This document shows, in pieces, positions 26,121 to 39,448 of a DNA stretch of 64,000 bases. The translations under genes and the position numbers were made by a program. The notes beneath the pieces were generated by a model, which did no database searches, was not told the DNA's origin, and saw only the letters and a program-made list of their open reading frames with translations. Position 1 is the first letter of the stretch. Each line of letters begins with the position of its first letter. The stretch is taken from the NCBI GenBank assembly GCA_951406725.2, contig OX597816.1, forward strand, positions 87,420,001 to 87,484,000, read 5' to 3'. Origin of the DNA: Octopus vulgaris (lineage: Eukaryota).

Positions 26121-28028
26121 ACATGCATAAAATACAAGGTGCATAATATATTAATTATTACCTTTCAATTTGCTTCAGTCATTTAACTGCGTCTATGTTG
26201 GGGCTTGAAGGCTTTCAGTCGAACAAAATCGACCCCAGGACTTATTTTTTTAAAGCCTAGTTTTTATTCTGTTGGATCTCTTTTGCTGAAGATTAATACA
26301 AACATAGAATGTTTCAGTTTCCATCTATCAAATCTACTCACAAGGCTTTGGTCGACCTAGGACTGAACCTGGAGCCATGTGGTTGGGAAGAAAACTTCTT
26401 ACTACAGATCCACGTCTATGCATATCTATTACATACGTAATCCGTATATAGTGCAAAACCACTCTGTAGAATATGATAATCAATAACATAGAAATAAAAT
26501 AAAAAAATGTATTCTTTCTGTGCGGCCCGGTACCAAATAACCCTCGACTTAGTAGCTTGGGAATGTAGGGAATGAAATTCAATTGATTTTGTTTATCCAA
26601 GCAGTTAGTTGATAAGAGTCCCTCTCAGGATGTTTAAACTGGAAAGCAATAATTAAGTCAGATAATTCCAGTAAAACCATTTCGTAGAAATTCTTTGAAG
26701 ATATATAAACCGAGAAGGCGCTGAAGTTTCCCGAACATTCTAGAATTTTTTTATTGTTTTCGTCTCTCATATTTGTCGCAGAAAGGTGTGTGTTATCGAC
26801 TGAATCGAACCCGTTTTCAATTCTTGGTGTTATGAATAAAGACAATATCGATATTGCAAACATTCGTACCCACATTATAGACAATAATTTCGTTTTTGCT
26901 GTTAAATGCAATTAGGAATTCTTCAGATAAAAACTACCCAACAAAAAGAATTCGTATTTTACAAAAATTATCATGTTGTTTAGGCCCAAGTCAATTCTTT
27001 TCATCCAGATGTTTAAGTCGTGATCACATTGTCCTTTTTTTTTATATACTGTACATTCTATCTTCTCTTGAAAAAAAATTAAGACTATTAGTCGAGATTT
27101 GGTTGCCATTTCTAGCAATCAGAGCAAATTTGTTGCTTCTTTGTTTAGTCGTATGTTTATCATTTAGCTCTGATCGGGTCAGGATTACTTAATCTAATGT
27201 GTCTAATTTCTAAACTTTTTCTAAAGACAGTAAAGTGTAATTTGATGGAGCTCTGTGTGATATTTCTTACCAATTGAGCGACCACATTGTAGCACATTTG
27301 TCTCCCGTTGTTATTTCAAATCTGTACATCACTGATCAATAAATCTATGATGTTCCGGCTGTGAGCAACCTCTTTGTTTCTGAGGTACACTATATCAAGG
27401 ACTGCATTCATTTTCCTTTTCAAAGACACTCTTGATTTGAGGGTGATTTGTTTGCTATTTTTAGCAAGTCCAGTATCATTATAGATGCAGTTCTCTCGTT
27501 GATTCGTGTGTTTTTAGTTGCAGCATATCTCCATCACCGAAATTGGACAATAACTATTTCAACACACGAATTGAGAATCAAAACCGTTACGAAACATACA
27601 CAAAACAGAATAGATTTTAGTTTCTGAAAGACTGCAAAGAACGCGTGGCGAACCCATAGAATCGACACGTAGAAAATAAAAGTTCTTTCGATTGAATACT
27701 TCCGATCTGTAAGATTTTCATTATTGTATACTTCCGTTTCTTAATGCTTCCATTATTGAATATTTTCGTTCTCTAGTAGAGGTGAACTCCATAGAATTTG
27801 TAAGCATTCTTTCGACTTACATGTTGATAATAAAGGATTAAGGTTCAAGAATTCATTGAAAAGAACAGTGACCCTCAAGACGAATGAAGTGGCCTTACAT
27901 AGACAAATGCATATATACATCATTGGTTTGATTCTTTAACTGCAACACAATTGGAGAACTTGGATAGTTTCGAGGTTCTGAATCGTAGCAAGCAGGAGAT
28001 ATTCTATTTAGAACTGTCTGAAAATATT

Positions 28029-28246
28029 CTTTTCTACTCTATGCACAAGGTTCGAAATTTTTTCGAGGAGGGGGCCAGTCTATTAGATCGATTCCAACAC
28101 GCAACTGGTACTTAATTTATCGACCCCGAAAGGATGAAAGGCAAAGTCGACCGCGGCGGAATTGGAACTCAGAACGTAAAAGATAGACGAAATAACCGCT
28201 AAGGCATTCGCCCGGCGTGCTAACTTTTCTGCCAGCTCGCCGCCTT
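28029..28246 (-). mobile_element. SINE family A, full length
   Basis: Intact head and core; imperfect TSD tgtctgaaaatatt / tgtctgtgaaatatt. Confidence 0.9.
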
Positions 28247-28890
28247 TATGTCTGTGAAATATTAAAGGACAAAACTATTATATAATGAAAATATGCCTTT
28301 TTGTTTAATTGTAAGTATTTTTGTTAATTTCCAAATAATTCAATTCTGAAAGACCGTCATCTGACGAAATCCCTTACTGAGAACGTTATTTAGCCTGAAC
28401 AAAAACAACTGCGTTTTAGAAGAAAAATGAGGAAATGAAGGAAATAGAAATAAACAGGAAAAGAAAGTTGCAAAAAAAAGTGATAGGGGAAACCAGATCC
28501 AACACATGATAATGCACGACGTCTCTACCTCGACAATATTCGCAGACAGTAGGGCTTGGTTTGTGGGGGACTTGACTGCTGAAATCTGACAGATCGCACG
28601 ATTGTGTAAGAAGCTTCATTTAGTGAAGTACGCTGCATGGTCCCTCTACAGAGGTATGATAATTTTCATAGTGCAGGCTCGTATTACCCATTAAGAAAAA
28701 TAAGTATATATTTAGGGTATCAAGAGAAGTGGGCACCTCAGGGTCTACTTCTTGATACTCCAAGAACATATTTATTCTAAATATATACTTACTTGTAGAT
28801 AAATCAAAACAGAAAGAATAACAGTTTATATTTATGAAGTAAATCAGTTTAAGGACGAGTCTCGGAGTGGATTACAACTATAAATAATGG

Positions 28891-29019
28891 TTTCAAATTT
28901 TGCCACAAAGGCAGCAATTTTGGGAGAAGGGCTGAGCCGGTTACATCGCTCCCAGTGTTCTACTGGTACTTAATTTATCGACCCCGAAAGGATGAAAGGT
29001 AAAGTCGACCTCGGAGGAA
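28891..29019 (-). mobile_element. 5'-truncated family A SINE with 18-bp TSD
   Basis: tacaactataaataatgg at 28873-28890 and 29020-29037. Confidence 0.9.
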
Positions 29020-30789
29020 TACAACTATAAATAATGGCATGTTATATTTTAGGTTGAAAACCTTCGGACGGAAAGAATAAAATATGTGTAGATAAGATGC
29101 GGTTTTGAGTCTCGTAGGTAGCCTTCAACCTCTTTTCAACCCCGAGACTTTTTAACCATAGGCTAAGAAACGGCAGTGAGGGTGGGATCGCACGCTTAAT
29201 CCCTTGATTTTTTTAGTGAGCAATGAAAACGCTTTGAACATCTGAAGAACGTCGCCATAACGAAGGAGCGTAGAAACATTTTTTGGATTGATTTGAAACA
29301 TCAACTTTTGTATTATTAGATTTAGCTGATTTGATTGATGATAATTAATGATGATGATTAATGATAATTATTATACCTGTGTTTGTTTTGATATTAATAT
29401 TGAAAAAAAAATCGACCTTGTTTGTAAAAAAATTTGGACTCCCTAAGCAAATTTTCGTTTCTGCATTTACATTTTTAACCCAATATAAAAAAAAAATTAA
29501 AAATAAATAAATTTGGGAAAATATGGGGCTGGGGTGGGGGGGAGTCTTTCCCTTAGAGAAAAATCTTGAATCCGAGAAGAGATTTTATTGATTGCCTGTC
29601 AGCATGAAAGTAGAAAAAAAAAACTGTACTCCAAAAATATTCAGTTATTTAAACTCTAATTTATGGGTTAAAGGGCTGTTACTACTTGACGGGTACTTAT
29701 TTATACTTGTTGAGCGTGATAAAGAGTAAAGCCTATTAACAGCACCATGCCACCTGCGGAATTTAATGAATAAAATGCAAAAGAACATTTAGTAATAGAT
29801 CTAAATTATGCTGCAAAAGCATGCATTTAGTCCGACATTCTCCTGTTTCTGTCCGTCCAAAGCCTCAAAAAACAACCCTATAAATAAATGGCTGTGCTTC
29901 AACCGCAGGCTTTGTCCGTGACCAAAGCATTGCAAATTTGTAAATTGCTCAGTGGGCCAAATACTCTGTAAAATTTTGTTAGGTATTTCGTTAACCTGTC
30001 GAGCAAGATTCAGTTCAAAAAGTATAGGCGAACTTCATCATACCTCATGTTATTTCTACTGTAATTTTTTCAACGATTCGTTTCATTATACCATTTGCAA
30101 AATTGTTAAATGGAATGCAACGAAATCACTATTTTTTTTCTCTTAGATTTGTTAATGCTTTTATTTTCCTTTTGTTTTCATGTCATGCTTAATTAGCAAG
30201 TCGTTCCTAATTCCAATCACAAAAAATTTTATATATATTTCTTCATTTCAAAGTTCAGTTTTCCCTCGTTTTCTTCTCTCCTTCCTTCCCAATATGTTCT
30301 CATTTCTTCTTCCCTTCATTCTGCTCGTCTCCTCTCCTTGGCGCTTCTCTTCTTCCTTACGTCTCATCGTCTTCTATCTTCCTCGATAGATTTTATTGAA
30401 AGTAAATAATATAAAATGTAAATTATAAAACATATGCCCTGGAAATCTTCAAAAGTTTTGTAGCATCAGTAATTTTACAAATATATTTCCTCAACCAGTT
30501 TCCATTCATCTTATCTTGCTTGTTCTTTTAAACTTTTCTCGTCTCCTTATTACTCTTGCTCTTCCCCACCCCCTCTCCATCTGTAGCTTTCGCTTATTCT
30601 CTGAAGTCATCAGCATTTCTCTTATCTTTTATGTCGCAGTCTCTTTGACAATTCAACGAAAGCTGACAGTAAAAGAAATTCTAACAGTTTGTTGTCGTTG
30701 TTTAACCCCGGGTCAATTCTGAAACAGTAAGCCTAGAAGAAAAGTTTCACCACTTGTGACTGTTCAGCCGTTTTACTCTTTCAGACGTA

Positions 30790-31136
30790 TTGTGAGCGAC
30801 TGTGTTGTGTCATTGCTTCCCAACTACTCGGTTCCTGGTTCTGTTCCACTGCTGAGTACCTCCTATAACCTGGGTCGATCAATTCCTTGTGGGAGGTATT
30901 TGGTTGACGGAAACTATGTTGAAGCCCGTTGTGTGTATGTGTGTTTATACAAAGACATAATAATGCGTGCGCGCGCGCATGACGACCGATATCGGTTTGT
31001 TTAAACCCCAGTAACAGAGCAAGTACCATACTAGAAAAAGAAGAGAAATAACTATTGGGATCGATTTGTTCGAAGAAACTCTTCAAGATGGTGTTTCACC
31101 ATGACCGCAGTCCAATGACTGAAGCAAGTAAAAGAT
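30790..31136 (+). mobile_element. Degenerate family B SINE
   Basis: ggttcctggttctgttccactgc...tggttgacggaaact...catgaccgcagtccaatgactgaagcaagtaaaaga. Confidence 0.75.
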
Positions 31137-31649
31137 TGGAAATCTGTCCTTTTTCTATGTATGTAAAGAAAAAATATTTCGTATGAATTACAAGTAACAC
31201 ACCCCGCCTTTTTTTTTATTTTATCCTGTCCGTGTAGAGATACGGCGCTGGTACCTAATCCGCCTCCCATCGCGCAACCGGAACCATAAAACCGGATAAC
31301 GTCTGCAACTTTTTTATGTCCGTTGCTCTCTTCGCGTTACCTCCCACCGCTTTGTCACTTCTTTAATGATCTCTCTCTCTCTCTCTCTCTCCATTGCTTT
31401 CATCTTCCTCACTCCTGTCCCGATTTCCGACATTATGATTTCATTCTACTAAAACCCATCAAGCCGTTAATAGCTACTGTACAACACTTTATGCTTATAT
31501 ATATATATATACACATACATACACACACTTGCACCTATATATGCATGCTTGCACGCGATCGTATACGCAATATGATACTATAGCCTTTATATAATATGTT
31601 CAGATCCACAGATACACACAAAGGCATTAACATACCACTCCCTATTAAT

Positions 31650-32210
31650 CATGTGTGTAGTAAGAAGCTTGCTTCCGGGTTCAGTCTCAATGCGTGGCAC
31701 CTTGGGCAGGTGTCTTCTAAGCCTCGGGCTGACCAAAGCTTTGTGAGTGGATTATGTAGACGGAAACTGAAAGAAACCCATAGTACGTACGTACGTACGT
31801 ACGTACGTACGTACGTACGTATGTATGTATGTATGTATGTATGTATGTATGTATGTATGTATGTATGTATGTATGTATGTATGTATGTATGTATGTATGT
31901 ATGTATGTATGTATGTATGTATGTATGTATGTATGTATGTATGTATGTATGTATGTATGTATGTATGTACCCATAGTACGTACGTATGTATGTATGTATG
32001 TATGTATGTATGTACGTACGTACGTATGTATTTTTTGCTTGTTTCAGCTCAGAGCTGCGGCCATGCTGATGCACCGCCATTTAGATGTATGTATGTATGT
32101 GTGTATATATATATGTTTGTGTGTGTGTATATATATATATATATTGTGTGTGTGTGTGTGTGTCCCCATCACTTGACAACCAGTGCTGGTGTGTTTACGT
32201 CTCCGTAATG
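31650..32210 (+). mobile_element. Family B SINE with expanded (TACG)n/(TATG)n internal array
   Basis: Head 31650-31780, tetranucleotide array 31783-32030, body resumes at cacttgacaaccagtgctggtgtgtttacgtc. Confidence 0.8.
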
Positions 32211-32618
32211 TACTTGTGTGCGTAAATATAAACATATATTCCAAGAGAACGTGAAATTCTGTTCTGGAACGGTTAAACTCGAAGCAGGTAATGCTATATA
32301 AATAACTAATCTATTATCGATGACTGTATCAATTTCGAGTTTCACTGTGCCAAAACAGAATCTCTCATACAGACATGCACACACAAATTATGATCTGATA
32401 GGGGGGAAATTAAGCTATCCAATGCATAGAATTGAATGGATGGATATTCACAAGGAACTCATAAAATACGGTCTATATATAGTATTAATAATATGTATAT
32501 ACGCACACACAATATTATAAAATGTGCATGAACGTCACTAGAATATTAGGAATGTGTTATATGGTAGAATCCGCCATATAATATTCGATTGTATGCGCGC
32601 GCGCGCGCATATATATAT

Positions 32619-32792
32619 GTTGGCGATTTTTTTCCTCTGTCTTCCCTTCTCTGGATCTTTCCTTCTCCTATGTTTCCGACGAAGAGCTCCGCTCGAAACG
32701 TTAAAACCTCCTTCTTTCCTGAGCGTCCAATAATACTATATTTGTTCCACGTCCTCGCGTTGTTGTGTTTTTTTGTGCTTTCTTGTTTGGAT

Positions 32793-32797
<5 letters not shown>
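32619..32797 (+). mobile_element. Penelope-like 3' fragment between (TA)n tracts with minimal hammerhead-like motif
   Basis: gttt CCGACGA A GAGC tcc GCTC GAAA cgt TA aaac at 32672-32707; same layout as the 17258 copy. Confidence 0.7.
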
Positions 32798-32834
<37 letters not shown>

Positions 32835-33028
32835 TCAGTAATTAGACTACGGCTATGCTGGGGCACTGCCTTGAATTTTTAGTCGAATGAACGATAGCCT
32901 AGTACTTAAACTAACGTTCTGCCGAACTGCTAAGTTACGACACAGGTTGGTAAGCGGTGGTGAAAACATACATTATGTACATACATACGGTCAGTAGAAC
33001 CCGTTTTTTTTCTTATACGCGCATAATT

Positions 33029-33101
<73 letters not shown>

Positions 33102-33361
33102 TTAGAAGAAATGAGGTACTCAGAAAATCGGATGGTTTATATTTACAGATATTTATTTGTATATTACATGTTTTTATACATCATATAACTTATATCATGT
33201 ATTAGCGCTTTCTCTCATTCTAGTGGGGTTTTCAAATCAAACTAAGTTCCTGTGTGAAAAGTTTTGACCATTTTATAGTGGTATTGAGTTTGTAGTGGTG
33301 GGGAGGAATATAAGACAGTACAAGAGGGTTAGGGTATACATACATACATATATATACATAA

Positions 33362-33416
<55 letters not shown>

Positions 33417-33860
33417 TGAGAGAGATCGTGGGTGTGAAGAAAGAAAGAAAAAATTTTCTGTAACAATGTCAGTTAAGGCGGAGGGAAGAAAAAATCCGAA
33501 GACCTATAGAAGAAAATGATGGATTATCCAGAGAGGGCAAAAGCGAGGTTGTTGTTGACATATGGAGGTCATTATCAGAAAGTGGCGGGGTGCGTTACTT
33601 GTAAAGTAGCGGGTGGAGTTTGGAGAATAAAGGAGTGAGCTTCTCTTCCTTATTTATTTATTTATTATTTTTATATCTTGTTGCATTATAAAAAGAAATC
33701 CTTAGGAAAGAATTTATCATTATTGTTATTTATTTATTATTTTTCTTCTTCTAAATGGGGTATAAGATATAGGACTGTTGTCATGTGGGGCTTGCGGAAC
33801 GGTTGATAAAAACCACAGAGGTCACAGACTTTTCAACAGATAGTTGAATGATAGATACAT

Positions 33861-33959
<99 letters not shown>

Positions 33960-34651
33960 GTGTGTTTTAATATTTGTAAATATATGTACGTATGAAAAAA
34001 AAAACGGGTTGTAATGACTGTGGTCCCTCCACTCTATCTTTACACATTTTTCCTGTTCAGATTTCAAATTCCCCCCTTCATCGGATTCGATTAAATAAGC
34101 ACCAGTCCTATACTGGTGGCCGATTTATTCGAGTCATTCCTCCGCTCCAAATTCGCAAATAAGAAATCCTTATTTTAGAAATCAAAATCATAAATAATTT
34201 AAATAATCATTGTTATTTCTCCTCTTATTAAGCGGCAAGATCCCTTCCCGCCCCCTGCTCGTAATCGATTCCACATAAGACCTCCCTGTATTTATATTTT
34301 AGGATTGTAGGGACTCCTCATCCGTGTAGAAACGATTGTTGGTTTCGTTGATAGTTAACCCCAGGTCAGCTCTGATCGAGCAGACCTTTCCTGATCAAAG
34401 TCATTCCAGCCATATCACTCTTTTTTTTATATATATATCACTTTATTTAAAATTACTTCACTCTGGATAGATATGTTTTCTATTTCAGAACTATAAAACG
34501 GTAATGTGCTAAAAGATTTTGCTGTTATCTTTAGCAGGTCGATTGACCATGTCACGTTCCCCATTTAGCTCCAGTAATCTGAGCAGTTGTAATATCAAGA
34601 GAAGGTCGCCAGAAATGCTAGAATCAGAAATTCATACATTTTTGTATATAT

Positions 34652-34699
<48 letters not shown>

Positions 34700-35283
34700 T
34701 ATATAGATATGTGTGTATGTGTATACACACATATATGCATGTATGTGTGTGCGTGCATATATATATACATATATTCTCCTCAGAACATATGTGTATTTAT
34801 TTATGTATATGTACATATTAAATACATGCATGCATTCATAGAAATTTAGAAAGTTTACTCGGGTAATTTTAATTCCGTGAAACAAGTATTTAGATTTTGT
34901 CTTTTAAAATAAATATATCCTCAGTAATTTTTTTGTTCTTTTAACGATTACAAATATGTAACAATGATTCACATTTGAGTGAATGTTTAGTTTCAACCTA
35001 GCCAAGTACATAACCAAAATGCAATATTTTTTGCATTACGATGGATTTATTAGTAAAAGATGTTAATGTTGCTGATGGTTAAAACTTAAGATGGCGTAAA
35101 GATAAACGTCAGAAGAACGGTATTCTGTAAAATCGTTTGTTATGGTTCAAATCTGTCCGTAAAGCAATTTATTGCGATTCATTATTTGTAGAATTTTATA
35201 AGATTCTAGTCTGTACTGTATTTTCTGTTTTAAATATTAGTAATAATAACTGCCGTCATGTGAGGATATTTTTGAGAAATGGA

Positions 35284-35495
35284 AGGCGGCGAGCTGGCAG
35301 TATCGTTAAGCGGGCCGACCAAATGCTTGGCGGCGTTTTTTCTGCTTTTACGTTTTGAGTTCAAATTCTACCGAAGTTGACTTTGCCATTGACTTTATCT
35401 CGATAAAATGAATGTGCCAGTCAAATACTGGGGTCGATATAATCGACTTATCCCTTCCCATACAATTTGTGGTCTTATGCCAAAATTTTAGAAAC
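35284..35495 (+). mobile_element. SINE family A copy
   Basis: aggcggcgagctggcagtatcgttaagcgggccg...gagttcaaattc...ctggggtcgatataatcgact. Confidence 0.85.
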
Positions 35496-36276
35496 GTTGC
35501 AATCTTTTGGCTTCTTAAATAATGAATTGAATGGTTGGAGCCATAAATGTTGTTCTTTTTAAACTGATCGGGTCACGGCGGAAGAACACCTGAATGAAGC
35601 AGACATTTTGCTCTTAGATTATTATGGGGTAGGGTGATAATGTTACCATTTTTTTTTTCTAGTAAGAAAATTGCACCAGGAAGCATTATGATAAATGATG
35701 TATATTTGGTATCTAAAGCAACGTGTCTAAGTTTCGAAGAATTAATTATTTTTTGAATAAGGTCAACATCATTCTCTAAATTTTATGGGCCAATTAACTA
35801 ATGTTCACAGCAACGTGAGTGAAAACACTTGAAAATAAATTGTAAACTTGTTTCAAAATATGTGTGACGTCGAAAGCAACCACTTTACCAAGTCACTTGG
35901 ATTGAATTTATGAGGCGTGAAATTCAGAAATACGATATTGGGATCAGTTCATGTAACCATATTTCTATTTGGTTTCCTTTGAACCGAATAAACAAACATT
36001 TATTTTACTATATTGTGTGTGTAAAGAATTTTTTTTCTATTAGTATTTCTCTCCTATCAAGCAATCATTTGTTTTTTAGTCTATAAAGTCCGATTGACAA
36101 GGAATTTTATTCTACCATTTTTTTTATTATCTCCCCTTGATTTTTCTCGGTACACGAGTACCCGAATATAACACCTAAATATGATGAGGGTGTTAATGCA
36201 GGAAAAAAAGGTTTTTTCTAAACGAAATCGGAATCACCGAAAGAAAAAATCATTAAGGACTAGTGAAATACTAGAG

Positions 36277-36666
36277 CAAGAGTTCTCAGCCATTTTTTTT
36301 TTTATCTATAGACCCCTTTGATTACTATCATATTCTGGTGGACGTCCCCCCCCCTATAGCCATTCGGTAATTAAAAACTAAGTTTTATAGAAACTTCTTT
36401 CAGAATTTCTATTTTGTTTTTCACACATTCATTTGAGTAGGTTGAACTATGTAAAATGTTAGAGAAAGAAACCTAAAGTAAATTTTGTTCCTTAAATCCT
36501 TAAAAGTGTTTTAGCCCGAAGGCCGCGGCCAATGCTGGAGCACCACCGCTGTAAATGGTGAACTTTTAAAAATACTGTTGTGGATACCCAGTTTATTTTG
36601 TTGATTGGACCCCTAAAATCTTATATGACTCTCAAGGGCCATATGGACCCCAGTTGAGAACCACTG
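36277..36666. mobile_element. hAT MITE (family of 18120-18442) with a short SINE 3' insert
   Basis: caagagttctcagccatttt...ggaccccagttgagaaccactg; insert gccgcggccaatgctggagcacc at about 36500-36560. Confidence 0.75.
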
Positions 36667-36734
36667 AAGCATCGGACTTGTATTCAGTATGCACTTCTTG
36701 TCATCTGCTTTCAGTTCACTTCGGGTAAAGGGTA

Positions 36735-36998
36735 AATATCCACTTCGGTCTTGAAGGACCATGAGATTGCACCTAGGCACAAGTCCGAGCAAGGTTGTTT
36801 ATGGAAGGCCAGCAGTCGCCCATGCAATAACATCCTCCCATCTCCATGCCACCGATACAGCTTGGCACCAGTGTCGTTGCAACTCATTTCTACAACTGAG
36901 TGAACTGGAGCAACGTGGAATAAAGTGTCTTGCTCAAGAACTCACTACTTCATGATTGTGAGCCCGTCGCTCTAACCACTGAGCCATGCGCCTTCACA
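36735..36998 (-). mobile_element. SINE family C variant
   Basis: Minus strand gtgaaggcgcatggctcagtggttagagc...ttcttgagcaagacacttt..cacgttgctccagttcactcag; head shared with 44997-45249 but the tail differs. Confidence 0.8.
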
Positions 36999-38304
36999 TT
37001 ATATTATGATTAAGTCCACTGTATTCTAACCTTTGAAAATTCCTGCTCTTGCTCCATTTTGATAATTAAACATTGCCTTTGTATCATCAGCACCATTTTA
37101 TATACATACATTTATTCTGTCGAGTTGGTATATCCCAGCTTTATAGCATGTAACCAGTCAGAAAGTTACTACTGGTTTCGCGTTTACTACTGAAAATCGC
37201 AAATATAGACGACTCATCAAACATACCAGCCTGAAGCATATAGCCTCATTAAGGCTGGCAAAAAAATATAGAATCCAGTTATATGCCATAACCAAAGATA
37301 TACGGCTATCTTTCGGTAGAGATCTATGACGGCGAAATTTGAACTCCGAGCGTAAAGACACCACAAGACTTTCGCATTCCAGACTGGTGTCATTCTTGTC
37401 TGTTCTCACCTTAATAATCACTGTCGTAAGAATAACCACTCGTAAACCCTTTTAATACTGTTCATAGGTTGGACTTCATTACACACGCTTTTTATTACAA
37501 CACATTCTCAGCGAAGCGCCAATGATTATTGCTGTCTACACGCACTCATATTTATTTACACTCGCACACATACCTGTGCGTATGTATATGTGTTTATACA
37601 CTTTTTTTTTTACATGTACGTTCTGTATGTTTGTGCGTTTATGTATACACACACACATACAAACTCATTAACTTCTATTAATAATGGTCTCTTAATTTAT
37701 ATTATGAGAATGTGGACTGGAATGAGAATTTATAAGTGTTTAATGCTTAACGGAGGGCATTTAAGTGCAGTAAATGAAAAGTATCACGTTATTTATAAGT
37801 GGTTTATGGTCTTAATAATAATGTTGGTAATAGTAGACTTGAGGGCTTCTTATTTCTTACCTCAGCCACCTGCTTCTACTCTTAAACTACGTTTTTGTAA
37901 TTTAGTTACTTTTTAAATTAATAATTCAGTACGAGAGTGTAGAGGATTAGCAGAGTGTAATAAACTGTAATAATTTCCCCTTACTTTAATCCCTTTACGT
38001 TCGGAATTGAAATCTCACTAAGATCGACTGGTGTATCTTGCATCCCTTTGGGGTTAATATAAATTAATTACCAGTCAAATACTGAGGGCTGATTTATGTC
38101 CTTATACCTGCTTTAAATCGAACATTAAAAGTTAGATTACTGGCAAGTAATAAGGTACTTAGTTCGCTACTTGTCAGTCTATTTCATTTCTTTCTCAAAT
38201 TGATGTGTATATTTTTCAATACCACGTTATTAAAAATGATAGCAGTAAATTCATTTTTAGCTTGATGAATTGGTGTTCTTGTAAAACTTAGCGGCATACC
38301 TACA

Positions 38305-38808
38305 TACGTGTGCCTTCGCCGATTTGGTTTCCTTGTAACTTTCTGAAAAATGGACATTTATTAATGAAATTTTCTACAAATACCTTTCGAATGGTGTAGA
38401 TAACGATTATATTGAAATTTAATGTTGAATAAAAAAAAAAAAAAAAAAAAAAAGTGAGCGTGTACATACTCACACACATCGCATTTAAAACAAATTTCGG
38501 TATGCATGTGCGCACTTTTTATATTTTTTATTTTTCCGACATTAAATTCTGATATAATCGTATTCCACATCATCTATAAGGTATTTGTTGGAAATGTCGT
38601 TTAAAAAATGTCTAATTTTTCTGAAAGTTATGTCAGTGGTGAGGGCACATTTGTGTAGTTATGCCCACTTTGTTGTATATGGAAATTAATGCATATAATA
38701 CAAAATATTATTAAAGTACAAGCGCGTTAATTTCTTTCTGTTGTAATGTTATACTGTAGTATAGTCTATATCAGTAATTTTTTTTTTGTCAACTTCCACG
38801 AATACCCT
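38305..38808. mobile_element. Possible Tc1/mariner-type MITE
   Basis: Right end cttccacgaataccctg|TA (CAGGGT-type TIR); internal inverted pair aactttctgaaaaatggacattt / aaatgtctaatttttctgaaagtt; left TIR poorly preserved. Confidence 0.4.
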
Positions 38809-39269
38809 GTATTTGCAAATCGATCTATCCAGATAGAATCTCTATAAACTGTTCAAAACGGGTAGCCAACCGCAAATAAAATCTCAACCGGAAAGAGAAT
38901 GAACATGCAATGTGCATGTGCACACTAAATTCATAAATCGAAAGACTAAAAATACCATGCGCATGTCAAAATGAAATGGAAGAGAAAACAAAACAAATTA
39001 TATGATAGTCTGCATGTCACATCTGACACCACTATCACAGCTTTTGCTGCAATTTTCTTGTTTTGAGGCCTCTTTCTCAGACTTTGAAACTATCTGGTGT
39101 TAATTCTACTCCTTTGTCATCATTGCTGATCTCCATCTTTTGCCATGGTGTCATGTGTTTAATTAGTTTCCTAGTGCCTCTTACACCACCATCATGAAGA
39201 TTGTCTAGGACAGAACTAAAGAATTCCTTCTGCCATGTAGTAGTTTTTCTTTCAATCATATTCTCTCTC

Positions 39270-39315
<46 letters not shown>

Positions 39316-39325
39316 TAATATATGC

Positions 39326-39448
39326 AATATAAAGTTATGAGCTACTAACTGTTTCATGCATTGGAGATGTTGTCTGGGCAGGTTTTAATAACCTGCCTAG
39401 ACAACATATCCAATGCACGAAACTATTAGTAGCTCATAACTTTATATT
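39326..39448. repeat. 123-nt hairpin (59-bp arms, 5-nt loop) between (TA)n tracts
   Basis: Arms 39326-39384 and 39390-39448 are reverse complements with 5 mismatches. Confidence 0.95.

Noticed and set aside
27990-28025. cag|GAGATATTCTA (G-D-I-L) as exon 2 of an mGluR-like gene
   Set aside because: No polypyrimidine tract, no GGLF motif, and a stop within 9 codons.
29525-29542. G-quadruplex-like ggggctggggtgggggggg
   Set aside because: Isolated G runs with no supporting functional context.
39077-39259. 60-aa minus-strand ORF near the CpG boundary
   Set aside because: No recognisable motif or splice signals; cannot be supported as coding.
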